From NCBI GenBank assembly GCA_951406725.2, contig OX597840.1, positions 10,850,001 to 10,914,000 of the forward strand: a stretch of DNA of 64,000 nt, written 5' to 3'. The position numbers and the translations under genes are program-made. Shown here piece after piece: positions 1 to 51,587 of the stretch (position 1 is its first letter; each line of letters starts with the position of its first letter). The stretch comes from Octopus vulgaris (taxonomy: Eukaryota). The notes under the pieces were generated by a model, which had not been told where the DNA came from, made no database searches, and was given only the letters and a program-made list of their open reading frames with translations.

Positions 1-163
1 CGTTCCAAAATAAACAGAGGAGATCGATGAAGGACCACAGAAGCAAAGATTAAAATCTGACAGGAAAACATAGACGCCAACGTCCACACAACGACAGACT
101 CACAAACACTCGCACACTTAGACCCACACACACACACACACACATATATATACATATATATAC

Positions 164-208
<45 letters not shown>

Positions 209-239
209 CATATATATATATATACATACATATATATAT

Positions 240-300
<61 letters not shown>

Positions 301-459
301 TATAGATAGATAGATACATACATACATACATACATACATACATACATACATACATACATACATACATACATACTCGGCTAAGCCCTTTGAGGCGGTGCTC
401 CAGCATGGCTGCTCCCCAATGATTGAACCAAGTAAAAGATAAAGGAAGAGAAATATAAG

Positions 460-515
<56 letters not shown>

Positions 516-675
516 CACCCCCTACCAACAATTCCTGTCGTCTGTTCTGATTTTCTTTTGATTTTTTTGTAAACGATGATAAGCGGAGCGAACGAGGATT
601 GAACCAGAAATAATCTGACAGCAGCCGTTCCCGCTACTTGTTGTTACAACCTCGGACATTTAGATCCGGATCAAG

Positions 676-38014
<37,339 letters not shown>

Positions 38015-38094
38015 AAGACCTCGCTCTATAGAAACCATTCTAAGTTGCAGGAAATGACGGTGAGATTAAGGAAGCTGCGCTGAATACCAGAGTT

Positions 38095-38161
<67 letters not shown>

Positions 38162-38173
38162 CATCATCATCAA

Positions 38174-38215
<42 letters not shown>

Positions 38216-38594
38216 TATCATCATCATCATCATCATCACCATCGTCATCATCATCATTATCAGCGTCATCGTCGTCGTCGTCATTCTTCTTTTTCATCTG
38301 TCTTCTTCAGTCTTCCTCCTCCTCTTCATGTTGATGGACAGATGTCACATGACCTCTCCAGGAGGAAATTGAACTCACTATAAAAAATCATTTGGATTTT
38401 CAGCTTTGCTAGAAATTGAACCAGCTAATTACCGACAAGTACTGCTAACTAACGTCAACGATCGTCAACCTCAATTGACCTCTGCTACCGTCAACTAATG
38501 TCAGCAACCGTTAACTACCGTCAATTACCGTCATATACTATCAAGTAACGTAACTAATATCCACTAACGTCAATATGAATACCGTGAATTACCG

Positions 38595-38985
38595 TCAGTT
38601 AATGTCAACGACAATTAATGTCAATGACAGTTAATGTCAACGACAGTTAATGTCAACGGCAGTTAATGCCAACTACAATCAATAACGACAGTTAATGTCA
38701 AGGACAATTAATGTCAACGACAATTAATGTCAACGACAATTAATGTCAACAACAGTTAATGTCAACGACAATTAATGTCAACGACAATTAATGTCAATGA
38801 CAGTTAATGTCAACGACAATTAATGTCAACGAGAATTAATGTCAACAACAACTAATGTCAACAACAATTAATGTCAATGACAGTTAATGTCAACGACAAT
38901 TAATGTCAACGACAGTTAATGTCAACGACAGTTAATGTCAACGACAATTAATGTCAACGACAGTTAATGTCAGCGACAGTCAACT
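38595..38985. repeat. 16-bp minisatellite (AATGTCAACGACA(A/G)TT)n, over 20 copies, flanked by degenerate 10-mers (AACTA(A/C)CGTC)
   Basis: Directly visible; begins ~580 bp after the NWD2-like stop codon. Confidence 0.92.
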
Positions 38986-40389
38986 ACAACCGCCAACTAA
39001 CGTCAACTAACGTCAACTTGCGTCAACTGCCGTCAAATAACTCAAGAAACGTAAACTGACGGAGCAACGCTTCTCCCTGTCGGTTCCACAACCACCGATA
39101 TAGGATATGTCTTTTATCTAGAACTTCTAGTTGAAGTTGAGTTGGATGTCAGTGCTTGATTCTGAACTTATGTCTTTCGACTCGCGAGATAGACATTCTT
39201 TATCTTCGCTCATTCGTTTTTGTTGGATTAAAGAGTGACCAAGTTGTTGCTGGTGCTGTTTAAGACTTGGTCAGTCCTGATTGTGCGGGAATTTGGTCAA
39301 AGTCTTTCCAGCCGTAACTAGTAAGTTTGTGCTTAGTCCACACACACATACACACACACACACACATACACACACACCAGCAAACAAACAAACAATGTCA
39401 GAGGCATAACTATCTGGTGAACGGCCACGTGAAATTCTGAGTAACAGTTTGTGAACATTTTTTTCAGATTTAATAAAGTGTGTGTGTGTGTGTGAGTATG
39501 TATGTACATAGATTGGAGAGAGAGAATTGATGTATAAACATAAAAAAATATACCCACAGTAATTCAGGATTTAATTATTCTTATTTCTAATGAAGCTGTT
39601 GTTATATGTAATTAAAAAATCATGTGGCCTTTGTAAAAAAAAAGTATTTTGGAAAATTATTTTTGTTTTCATTTCCAGTTTAGACGGAGAAAAAACTTTA
39701 ATTTGCTAAGCCAATTTTTCTTCCAATTGTAAATTAACGTGGCTACTCAATGTATAAATGCCCATAAAACTCGGGGGGAATATTTAAATCAACAGTAAAT
39801 AAAGAAAAAGAAAAGATAATTACTAACAGAAAAAAGTAGTACTATTTTGAAAAATTTAAGAGACACGCTTAATGCTAATAATAATTACAATATACACATT
39901 TTGCCAAAATGAAAGAATGAGCAGAAAAACTGAGCTTTAAACGATAATTATTTCAGTCTTTCTTTTGCAAATTCAGCTTCCAAATATTTGACTGTAGGGA
40001 AGATTTACCAAGCAGAAAAAATATCTACTTGGCAGAGCTACGTGACAAAGGTAGATGCATCCTTACCTCAGATCCTTTTTGAAGAGGGTCAGAACGAAAA
40101 AAATTTCATGCCTTAAATTATATATATTAATTGTATCTGTGACTTAATATAATTATCTAATTATAATTATCTAATTATTTACAAATTTTTAATGTCTTAA
40201 ACATATTATGCCATCTCAGCCCCTTCACTCATGTTTATGTAACTTTGCTGTAGAATTAACACACATTTTGAATAACCTTTAACAAATAACTATTGTACGT
40301 ATGAATGAGCCCTACTGGCAAAATAAAAACCTATTGTTATTTATATATTTATTTATTTATCTTTTATTTGTTTATTTATTTATTATTAC

Positions 40390-40425
<36 letters not shown>

Positions 40426-40441
40426 TATTATTTTTATTATA

Positions 40442-40477
<36 letters not shown>

Positions 40478-40482
40478 GTTGC

Positions 40483-40547
<65 letters not shown>

Positions 40548-40559
40548 TGTTTGACTTTT

Positions 40560-41064
40560 GTTTTACATTTGTACAAGTTGGCTCCAAATCTCACCCAGAA
40601 CCCTCAAGAGACAACAGGTTGGAAGTTCATGTTGTTGTTATGCCTAGTGTGCCATATATTTGTTGTTCTTTTTTTTGTGTTGTACTAGTGAATGTCTAAA
40701 AAAACAAACCCAAAATTATGTTTGTTTTAAACCTTGAGATTATATAGAAAGTATTTTGCGTAGGATATGAGCAGTTCCCATGAGCACTATCTTTTGAATT
40801 TCTGCCATTTTGGGGTTTCCTGGTATCTGAGCTAAGTAGCAATCAGCCCTTTTTGCTATCATTCCCAGGGCACCTATGACAACAGGTATTGTTTTAGTCT
40901 TCAGGTTCCACATTTTGCTGATTTCTATTTCAAGATCTTTATATTTTATTCAGTTTTTGGTAGGTCATGACAGATACGTTTATATCGATTGGGACAGTCA
41001 TATCAATGAGGAGGCATGTTCTTTGTCTGAAGTCTTTCAATATGATGTCTGGCCTATTTGCATC

Positions 41065-41065
<1 letters not shown>
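40560..41065 (-). mobile_element. R4/Dong-type LINE 3' end within (TAA)n
   Basis: DANRPDIILKDFRQRTCLLIDMTVPID...DLEIEISKMWNLKTKTIPVVIGALG...IQKIVLMGTAHILRKIL; (TAA)n on both sides. Confidence 0.8.
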
Positions 41066-41160
<95 letters not shown>

Positions 41161-41429
41161 CATTATCATCATCATCAGCGTCATCAGTATCATCATCATT
41201 GTTATTGTTATTTTAAATTCTAGTTGAGTAAGATGTCTGCGGATTTGTGGAGTTCCTTGGTGACATTTTCCCCCGACTGGAGATTTTGTTTATGAAGATT
41301 TTTCTTTTTCTTTTTCGCAAATTATTTTTGTTTTATTGTTCACGCTTTTCGATGTTAATCTCCATGGTTCCCTGTCTTTGTGGCCAATAAAGAAACAATT
41401 ATTATTGTTGCTGTTGTTGTTGTTGCTGT

Positions 41430-41480
<51 letters not shown>

Positions 41481-41500
41481 CAGCAGCAGTAGTAGTAGTG

Positions 41501-41549
<49 letters not shown>

Positions 41550-41605
41550 CAGTAGTAGTAGTAGTAGTAGTAGCAGTAGTAGCAGCAGCAGTAGCAGCAG
41601 CAGTA

Positions 41606-41654
<49 letters not shown>

Positions 41655-41934
41655 CCGAATCATTAGAGAGACAGACGAAGATGTGCTGCGGTATTTCTTC
41701 CACCTTATACATTCCGAGTTCAAATCTCACCAAAGTCAACTTCGCCCCCGTCCTTCTCTCCCCTCTTGTCACTCTTGGACTGTCGGGAAGAGGCAGGAAG
41801 AGTTAAAATTATCATCTACCCGGAACTCTGATCCGAATGCTCAACAGCATAAACACCGCGAAATGCAGCCATGCTACAGGATGGGGGGTATTAAAAGGGG
41901 ACCACGGTTTTAAAAGACACATGTTGCATCTGAG

Positions 41935-42870
41935 GGAGGAGCCGGGAGGATCGTTAGCACGCCGGGCGAAATGCGTAGCCGTATTTCGTCTGCCGTTACG
42001 TTCTGAGTTCAAATTCCGCCGAGGTCGACTTTGCCTTTCATCCTTTCGGGGTCGATTAAATAAGTACCACTTACGCACTGGGGTCGATATAATCGACTTA
42101 ATAATTTTGTCTGTCCTTGTTTGTCCCCTCTATGCTTAGCCCCTTGTGGGTAGTAAAGAAATACGTATTTCGTCAGCCGCGACGTTCTGAGTTCACATTC
42201 CGCCGAGGTCGACTTTGCCTTTCATCCTTTCGGGGTCGATTAAATAAGTACCAGTTACGCACTGGGGTCGATATAATGAACTTAATACATTTGTCTGTCC
42301 TTGTTTGTCCCCTCTGTGTTTAGCCCCTTGTGGGCAACAAAGAAATAAGAAACGTTAGCACGCCGGGCGAAATGCTTAGCGGTATTTCGTCTGTCACTTA
42401 ATTTATCGACCCCGAAAGGATGAAAGGCAAAGTCGACTTCGGCGGAATTTGAACTCAGAACGTAAAGGCAGACGAAATACCTATTTCTTTATTACCCACA
42501 AGGGGCTAAACACAGAGGGAACAAACAAGGACAGACAAACGGTATTAAGTCGATTACATCGATCCCAGTTCGTAACTGGTACTTAATTTATCGACCCCGA
42601 AAGATGAAAGGCAAAGTCGACCTCGACGGAATTTGAACTCAGAACGTAACGCAGACGAAATACCGCTAAGCATTTCGTCCGGCGTGCTAACGTTTCTGCC
42701 AGCTCGCCGTCTGTCATTACGTTCTGAGTTCAAATTCCGCCAAGGTCGACTTTGCCTTTCATCCTTTCGGTATCGATAAATTAAGTACCAGTTGCGTACT
42801 GGGTTCGATCTAATCGACTGGGCCTCCCCCTCTCCCAAAATTTCGGGCCTTGCGCCTAGAATAGAAAAGG
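41935..42870. mobile_element. Cluster of about five SINE B copies in alternating orientation (nested/tandem)
   Basis: + copies ~41935-42350, - copies ~42398-42710, + copy ~42710-42870. Confidence 0.85.
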
Positions 42871-43181
42871 ATATTTCCAGTAAATTGTGTAATCTTCAGA
42901 TGAATGGTAACCTTGTATTTTGTATTTTCGGTATGTTAGAACGATCTTTGATCTCGATTCTAAAGTAATGTACTTCACACGGTCGGCATGGCCCGCATGA
43001 AGACACTCAACCAATCTCAGTTATGCGGACAGGTATTAAAATACATCACCATCATAGTTTCGCGGAATTCTTTCAAAGAGGAACAACATTCTCAGAATAA
43101 AACAATATCGTTTAACACAATCAACATGAAAAACAACAACGACAACAACACCAGCAACAACAACTGTAATACTAACAATAT

Positions 43182-43258
<77 letters not shown>

Positions 43259-43325
43259 TTAATAATAATAATGATAATAATAATGATGATAATAATAATA
43301 ATAATAATAATAGTAATAATGATAA

Positions 43326-43357
<32 letters not shown>

Positions 43358-43537
43358 ATAATAATAATAATGATAATAATAATGATGATGATAATAATAA
43401 TGATAATAATAATGATGATAATAATAATAATGATGATGATGGGGAAAATGCCATGAGTTATTTCAGTTGAAGAATGTGGACCAAAATTCTGTGTTCAAGG
43501 ACAAACATCTGCTGATGCGTTTTATGTGTATATATAA

Positions 43538-43598
<61 letters not shown>

Positions 43599-43818
43599 CA
43601 CATATACATATATGTATATATATATATATTATATATATATATATATATATATGCACATATATACAGAGATATATATATATGTACTTATGATGGATGCATG
43701 TATATATATATAAATATATACGTATATACACATAAATGTTCATATATTTGAATCTGTATGTGTGTGTGTGTGTGTACATAGATGTGTATTTATAAGCTAT
43801 ATAAATGCAGATATACAG

Positions 43819-43853
<35 letters not shown>

Positions 43854-43947
43854 CGCATAAAAGTAGTGTATATAGCTATATATGTATGTGTGTGTTGTGT
43901 ATATAGCTATATATGTCTCTGTGTGTTGTGTATATATACATATATAT

Positions 43948-44038
<91 letters not shown>

Positions 44039-44268
44039 CATATATATAACACAAACACATACGTATACACACACGCACACATCCATAAATTTGTGTGGAA
44101 AATCGACACACATGTACTTCACAGGACCCTTGTTAGTTCGTCTTAGGGTAGAAGAAGCTGCATTCTGTAACGAACGAAGAATGAGGTGAAGATATGTGAG
44201 GCCATAACTGAAGTCTGTGTGAAGGAAATAAACGGGAGGGTGGTTATCAAATATAGCTAAACACCCGT

Positions 44269-44434
44269 AGACGTAGGAGTGGCTGTGTGGTAAGTAGCTT
44301 GCTTACGAACCACATAGTTCCCGGTTCAGTCCCACTGCGTGGCACCTTGGGCAAGTGTCTTCTACTATAGCCTCGGGCCGACCAAAGCCTTGTGAGTGGA
44401 TTTGGTAGACGGAAACTGAAAGAAGCCCGTCGTA

Positions 44435-44520
<86 letters not shown>

Positions 44521-44923
44521 AGTGGCTGTGTGGTAAGTAGCTTGTTTACGAACCACATGGTTCAGGGTTCAGTCCCCCTGCGTGGTACCTTGGGCAAGTG
44601 TCTTCTACTATAGCCTCGGGCCAACCAAAGCCTTCTGAGTGGATTTGGTAGACGGAAACTCAAAGAAGCCCGTCGTATATATGTATATATATGCATGTCT
44701 GTGTATATGTTTCTGGTATCTATGTTCCCCCCCCCCCTAGCATCGCTTGACAACTGGTGCTGGTGTGTTTACGTCCCCGTTACTTAGCGGTTCGGCAAAA
44801 GAGAACGATAGAATAAGTACTGGGCTTACAAAGAATAAGTTCTGGGGTCGATTAGCTCGACTAAAGGCGGTGCTCCAGCATGGTCACAGTCAAATGACTG
44901 AAACAAGTAAAAGAGTAAAGAGT
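44269..44923 (+). mobile_element. Two tandem SINE A copies
   Basis: 5' half, (TA)n, then a full copy. Confidence 0.85.
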
Positions 44924-44981
44924 ACCCGTATACACATACATATATATTTACTTACACCTATGCACACACACAAACATACGT

Positions 44982-45098
<117 letters not shown>

Positions 45099-45574
45099 GC
45101 ATGCATGTGTGTATCTATATATACACACAGATATATATATGTTGGTTTCAAATTTTGGCACAAGGCCAGCAATTTCGGAGAAGGCGGTAGATCGACTTCA
45201 TCGACCTCAGTGTTTGACTGGTACTTATTTTTTCGAACCCCAAAGGATGAAAGGCAAAGTTGACCTCGGTGGAATTTGAACTCAGAACGTAAAGATCGAC
45301 GAATATAAATATATATATACATATACATGTGTGTCTGTGTAAATATATATATATATAGTTTTATATGATGTGAGATGACAGTCACTTTGAAGTATCTGTC
45401 TACTAGCCTTCGTCTGACTGTAGACAGTATATACATACATACATACATACATACATACATACATACATACATACATACATACATACATACATACATACAT
45501 ACACACAACCAATTAATATCAAATAAAAGATTTTGAAAATTAAAGGTGTCTATTTACTTCCTGCATATCTGTGC

Positions 45575-46165
45575 GTGTATATGTATATATATATATATAT
45601 AATATAATATAAATAATAAATAAATATATGCATATATACATACATATATGTACATACCTACATCCATATGCATATATACATGCATATATGGGTACAGGAC
45701 GTTAAAAAAACGTTGAACACAATGTTTCGAAGGTAGGACAAGACGCAACTTCGTTGAAACAGTCCTTCCCGCAAAGCAAATTAAATATAATTTGGTATTT
45801 TTTGCGGAGGGGTAAAAATGTTAACAAGAGCGCAAAAAATCTCCAGTTTTATTTAATTTGCTTTGCGGGAAGAACTGTTTCAATAAAGTCGCGTCTTGTC
45901 CTTACCTTCGAACGCGGAGTAGACGAAAAAGGGGCAACTGAAGAAGGGGAATATTCCTTGTGTTGTATGTTTTGTCCTCTGTTTTTTCGTTGTTTGAAAA
46001 AAAGTTCGTTTCCATGTTTTTGTTTTTATGTTTTCATTTCTCATTGGGTTCAACATTTTTTCTATGTCCTGTACCCATATATGCATGTATATATACATAT
46101 AGCTGTAGGTATGTACATATACGTATGCATGTATGCCTATATTTATATATCATTTAAATTATTAT
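45575..46165. repeat. Inverted partial duplication of a dispersed element also present at ~23980-24240
   Basis: 45575-45786 is the reverse complement (with an internal deletion) of 45852-46165; shared CTGAAGAAGGGGAATATTCCTTGTGTTGTATG. Confidence 0.75.
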
Positions 46166-46237
46166 ATGATCGAACGCCACGCATCCTTCTCCACGTAAAT
46201 TTTATCTATATAAATATATATATATACACACACACAC

Positions 46238-46268
<31 letters not shown>

Positions 46269-46669
46269 TGTATGTATGTATGTATGTATGTATGTATGTA
46301 TGTATGTATGACTTTGTATTTTTGTTTTTTTCCCACACCACTGCTTGACAACCAGTTTGGTTTGTTCACGCCTGCGAAACTTAACGGTTCGGAAGAAAGA
46401 AAAAACAAAATAAGTAACATAATTTTTTTTAATGACTTAAGTACTAAGTTCGAATTATTCGACTAAACCCTTCTAAACGGTGCCCCTGCATGGTCGCAGT
46501 CCAATGACTGAAACATGTAGAAGATAAAATGTATAAATAACAATATATATCTCGCTCTTTGCGTTGTTCAAGAGAATAGAGGCGTAGGGCTTTCAGACGT
46601 TGCCAGTAATTAAAGCATTCAACAAAAGGTGTTTTACGAAGGAAACTTCACTGAGATCTCTCTCTCTTT

Positions 46670-46875
46670 TTCTCTTTTACTTGTTTCAGTCATTTTGACT
46701 GCGGCCATGCTGGAGCACCGCCTTTTAGTCGAGCAAATAGACCCCGGAAACTTATTCTTTGTAAGCCCAGTGCTTATTCTATCGATCTCTTTTGCCGAAC
46801 CGCTAAGTGACGGGGACGTAAACACACCAGCATCGGTTGTCAAGCAATGCTAGGGGGACAAACACAGACACACAA

Positions 46876-46952
<77 letters not shown>

Positions 46953-47116
46953 TACGACAGGCTTCTTTCAGTTTCCGTCTATCAAAACCACTCACAAGGC
47001 ATTGGTCGGCCCGGGGCTATAGCAGAAGACACTTGCCCAAGATGCCACGCAGTGGGACTGAACCCGGAACCATGTGGCTGGTTAGCAAGCTACTTACCAC
47101 ACAGCCACTTCTGCGC
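46670..47116 (-). mobile_element. SINE A, full length
   Basis: Reverse-complement copy. Confidence 0.85.
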
Positions 47117-47134
47117 ATATCGTTCAATATTTTT

Positions 47135-47199
<65 letters not shown>

Positions 47200-47894
47200 G
47201 ATATAGAAAGAGAGAGGGAGACACACATGCATACATACATACATACATACATACATACATACATACATACATACATACATGCCTCTTTTCTTCTATTCTC
47301 TTTAATTCCTTCTTTCTCTCTCTTCTCCCCCCTTTGGTGCCTTTGTCCTTTTTCTCTCTCTCTTTGACTCCTTTGCCCCCTTTTTCTCTCTCTTCTCCTC
47401 TCACGTGACCACCGGTCAACTAGCCTTTCGGCTTCTGACCACCGCCACGACAACATCGTTTTCTTCGTCTGCCGCAAAGGCATTTTTCTCCAAATACGCC
47501 AGCTAAGCTAAGTTGAACTGTCTAAATTCGTAAGACATCTGCTGTTTTTGTCCTGTTATTACCATTATTGTTTTTTGTATTTATATTCGTGTGGCATCGT
47601 CCTTTTTTCTGTCCTTGTTTCGTATACATTCGATCCTTTTTCCAAGAAATCTAATGCTCGTAGCTTAGTTTTTCCTTGGGGCTGGCCGGATCGGAGCGAT
47701 CTCAAGATTAATCAGCCGAAATTGCGAGGATGATCCGGTTCTTGACTGAAGATTAGAGGCTTCGAATGACCCGTCCTATTTTTGTGTCGTCTCTGAGTGT
47801 TTTGCGTTCTTGTCCCATTTTGTATTTTTATATATTTTTTTTATACATACATACATACATACATACATACATACATACATACATACATACATAC

Positions 47895-48395
47895 ATGGTG
47901 GAATATTCCCATCAAAACCTTTGTCAAATGTAAGCATAACAGGCCGGATATTGTCGTTTGGGACAGAGGGACAAAAGTATGTACCATCATAGTGGCTAGC
48001 TGCCTTGCAAACTAAAATATTTCTTTGAAAATCAAAGGGAAAGAGGATATCTATCGACAACTGCTTCGAAACCTCCAGCTTCTATATCCAGACTATGAAT
48101 TCATATTCATACCAATAATAATTGGAGCACTAAGTTTTTTTTTTTTGTTTTTTTGTAAATGCTTAAAAGTGAATCTGGATAAACTGGGATTTTCAAACAG
48201 AGAAAACGACCGCTAATTCGTACATTTCAAGCGCAATCTGTGAGTGGAACAGTAAAGATATGCAAGACTTTTCTCAAGTTCCAAATGTGAATTTGTCTGT
48301 GTTAACTACATCCCAAAGATGGGAGCCTTGTGTATTTGTTGGAAGCCGTGTCCCTGCTCAGTGGAAGATTTATAATAATTAAAAAATACAAGAGA
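47895..48395 (+). mobile_element. R4-like LINE 3' relic (restriction-like endonuclease)
   Basis: WWNIPIKT..KCKHNRPDIVVWD...KEDIYRQLLRNLQLLYPDYEFIFIPIIIGAL...GTVKICKTFLKF. Confidence 0.75.
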
Positions 48396-48403
48396 CATAC
48401 ATA

Positions 48404-48624
48404 CAAGGGGTTGCTGAAAATTTCCTGGCTTTTGGTAAAAAAAAATACAGGGGAGGGGGTCAGTTAATTATGATTTTATTCAACACTCCCCTCTCATATT
48501 CACGCACTTGCTGCAGGGGTCCTTCGGTTTTTTAAAACCTTATAAAAGAACTCGGAAGGTCGGGTCCCCAACAAGGTTTTCGCGGAAACCCTTAAAGCTA
48601 GGAAGTTTTCTGCACCCTCACGTG
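48404..48624. mobile_element. Mariner/Tc1-type MITE
   Basis: TA-CAAGGGGTTGCTGAAAATTTCCTGGCTTT ... AAAGCTAGGAAGTTTTCTGCACCCTCACGTG-TA: imperfect TIRs with TA flanks. Confidence 0.6.
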
Positions 48625-48630
48625 TAGACA

Positions 48631-48669
<39 letters not shown>

Positions 48670-49121
48670 ATGTGTGTGTGTGTGTATATGTGTGTGCATG
48701 TGTGTATGTGTGTGCATGTGTGTGTATGTGTGTGTGTATGTGTGTGTGTATGTGTGTATGTGTGTATGTGTGTGTATGTGTGTATGTATGTGTGTGTATG
48801 TGTGTGTATGTGTGTGTGTGTATGTGTGTGTGTACATGCTTGTATATGCTTGCTATAAATATATATACTTATATATATACACATGTAATTATACATACAT
48901 ACATACAGACGTATTTATAAACCTTATATACATACAGAGAGAGAGAGAGAGAGGAGGAGGAGAAGGAGGAGAGGGAGAGATAGAGGAGGGAGAGAGGAGA
49001 GAGTGAAAGGGAGAGAGAGAAATACATATTTGCAACGGTTGCCGAAGTTAAAAATATATATTTAGAAGATGCATGCAAATATATATATATGTATATATAT
49101 ATATAAATATATTTATTTATT

Positions 49122-49178
<57 letters not shown>

Positions 49179-49191
49179 ATATGCATATGTG

Positions 49192-49232
<41 letters not shown>

Positions 49233-49484
49233 ATATACACTGACACACACATACGGGCATACATACACGCGTATATGCAGAAACTATTTTTAAACGGTGA
49301 AAAGTACGAAAAATCGGTGAGTTGAAGTGGATGTCGCGGGGGGGGGGGGGGCTGAAGGTGGCTGTTGTCTTTAAGCGGTTAAATATGTATACCGAAGCCA
49401 GAACAATACCAAACTTAGATCTATACGCTCTACGATTCACGTAGACATACATACATACATACATACATACATACAGGCCGTACG

Positions 49485-49870
49485 TGGAGGCGCAATGGCC
49501 CAGTGGTTTAGGGCAGCGGACTCGCAGTTGTAGGATCGTGGTTTCGATTCCCAGACCGGGCGTTGTGAGTGTTTATTGAGCGAAAACACCTAAAGCTTCA
49601 CGAAGGTCCGGCAGGGGATGGTGGTCATCCCTGCTGTACTCTTTCACCACAACTTTCTCTCACTCTTACTTCCTGTTTCTGTTGTACCTGTATTTCAAAG
49701 GACCGGCCTTGTCACTCTCTGTGTCACGCTGAATATCCCCGAGAACTACGTTAAGGGTACACGTGTCTGTGGAGTGCTCAGCCACTTGCACGCTAATTTC
49801 ACGAGCAGGCTGTTCCGTTGATTCGGATCAACCGGAACCCTCGTCGTCGTAACCGACGGAGTGCTTCCAT
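49485..49870 (+). mobile_element. SINE C, full length, with CCCTCGTCGTCGTAACCGACGGAG tail
   Basis: tRNA-like head; the tail also occurs in reverse at ~23700-23740. Confidence 0.8.
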
Positions 49871-50358
49871 CCACAGGCCGTACGCATATATATATATATA
49901 CATACATGCACACATACATAAATACATATATACATACACATGTTTATGTCTCTCTATATATAATATATATGTATGTGTATGTATGTATGTATGTATGTAT
50001 GTATGTATGTATGTATGTATGTATGTATGTATGTATGTATGTAGGTGCATGCATGGCTGTGTTGGTTAAGAATCTCGCTTTTCATCTGCGTTGTTTTCGG
50101 GTTCAGCCCCACTCCGAGGCACCATCGGCAAATGTCTTCAACTATAGTCTCGGGCCGACCAATGCCTTGTAGGCGAATCTGATTGATGGAAACTGAAAGA
50201 AGACCTTCGTTTATACATATCTATTCGTGTTCTTTTATTCTGTTATTCTTTTAATGTTTCAGTCATTTGACATCGGCCATGCTGGAGCACCGCCTTAAGT
50301 CGAAGAAATCGATCCCAGGACTTATTCTTTGTAATATATAAATATATATATTAATCTT

Positions 50359-50435
<77 letters not shown>

Positions 50436-50689
50436 ATATAAAAGAATTATAAAAGCTACAACAGGACGATAGAATAAGAGACAAAACGAGAAAAGGCGAG
50501 AAGGGAGATGTAAAAGGTGGAAGGTGAAAACCCCAGAAAACGAAAGGAAAGGGAAAAAAGGAAAAAGAAGAAGAAAAAAGGGCGAAAGTTAAGAGTTGTG
50601 ATTTCTTTGACTGTAAATCTATAAGGTTGAATGGAAAGAGATCTGGAGTCTGTAATACAGACGCTGAATCCGAAAAGAACGATATTTTC

Positions 50690-51220
50690 CAATTCGCTAA
50701 TAGGAACTTCATCTATATGTTTACATCCGCTGTAAATTTCAGATCTGGAATGCAGCTGTACGATGGAGTTCTTTGAGCTGGAAAGGATCTGCGATTTTTC
50801 AGCTATGCACAGCTTGCATTTTTTGGTCCTTTCACATATGGCATGTATTTTCCATTTATTTTCCACCTGATTATATGTGATATGGCGTTAGACTTCAAGC
50901 TCCATACGTGGCTACCCAACTTAGTCGCATTACTTTTTGTCCCTGCGCCGGAAGGAAGATATTTAGATTGCATAGCGATTTGTGAAACTAGGAAAACGGC
51001 TCTTAAGAGTCGGCACGAATCGAGAAGTGTTGTTGCTGTTACATTCCCCATCCATAGGATATTAGAAATTTGATCTGCAATATCCATGGATTTTAACGGA
51101 GTGTATTTAATAGATGTGTTAGTTTCTTCAGGCAAAAATTTGCATTAGGGCTCTGACTGCATCGACTATTTAGCTAAGAGATATTTACCAATTAACACCA
51201 ATCAAAAGTTTCTCTGGGGT
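50690..51220 (-). mobile_element. Penelope-like GIY-YIG C-terminal relic
   Basis: NATKLGSHVWSLK...IRWKI...KCKLCIAEKSQIL...LHSRSEIYSGCKH matches the PLE pattern T.LS.+W.LK..W.I..C.LC..EK..LN.RSE...C.H. Confidence 0.72.
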
Positions 51221-51226
51221 TGATAC

Positions 51227-51319
<93 letters not shown>

Positions 51320-51359
51320 GAGAATTTATATATATATATATATATATATACATATTTTT

Positions 51360-51536
51360 CTCTCCTTTTTCCTCTCCTTTTTCTCTCCTTGTTTCTCCCC
51401 TTGTTTTTTGTGTCCCTTTCTGTAGAAGAGCGTAGGCTCGAAACGTAAAAGACTTTTTCTATTCCTGAGCGTTATACTAATACATGTTTGCTTTGTACAC
51501 CACTTGTTTTCGTCTTTTGTTTTTTTCGTAAACTCT

Positions 51537-51587
<51 letters not shown>

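Noticed and set aside
38595-38985. Possible CRISPR-like array
   Set aside because: Contiguous 16-bp units with no unique spacers, eukaryotic context and no cas genes.
47745-47780. CTGAAGA...CGAATGACCCGTC as a hammerhead
   Set aside because: No convincing stem II or GAAA; the same applies to CTGAAGA at 24016, 25066, 25269 and 45938.
49485-49560. tRNA gene
   Set aside because: The tRNA-like head continues into a SINE body and recurs as dispersed diverged copies; no complete acceptor stem or terminator seen.
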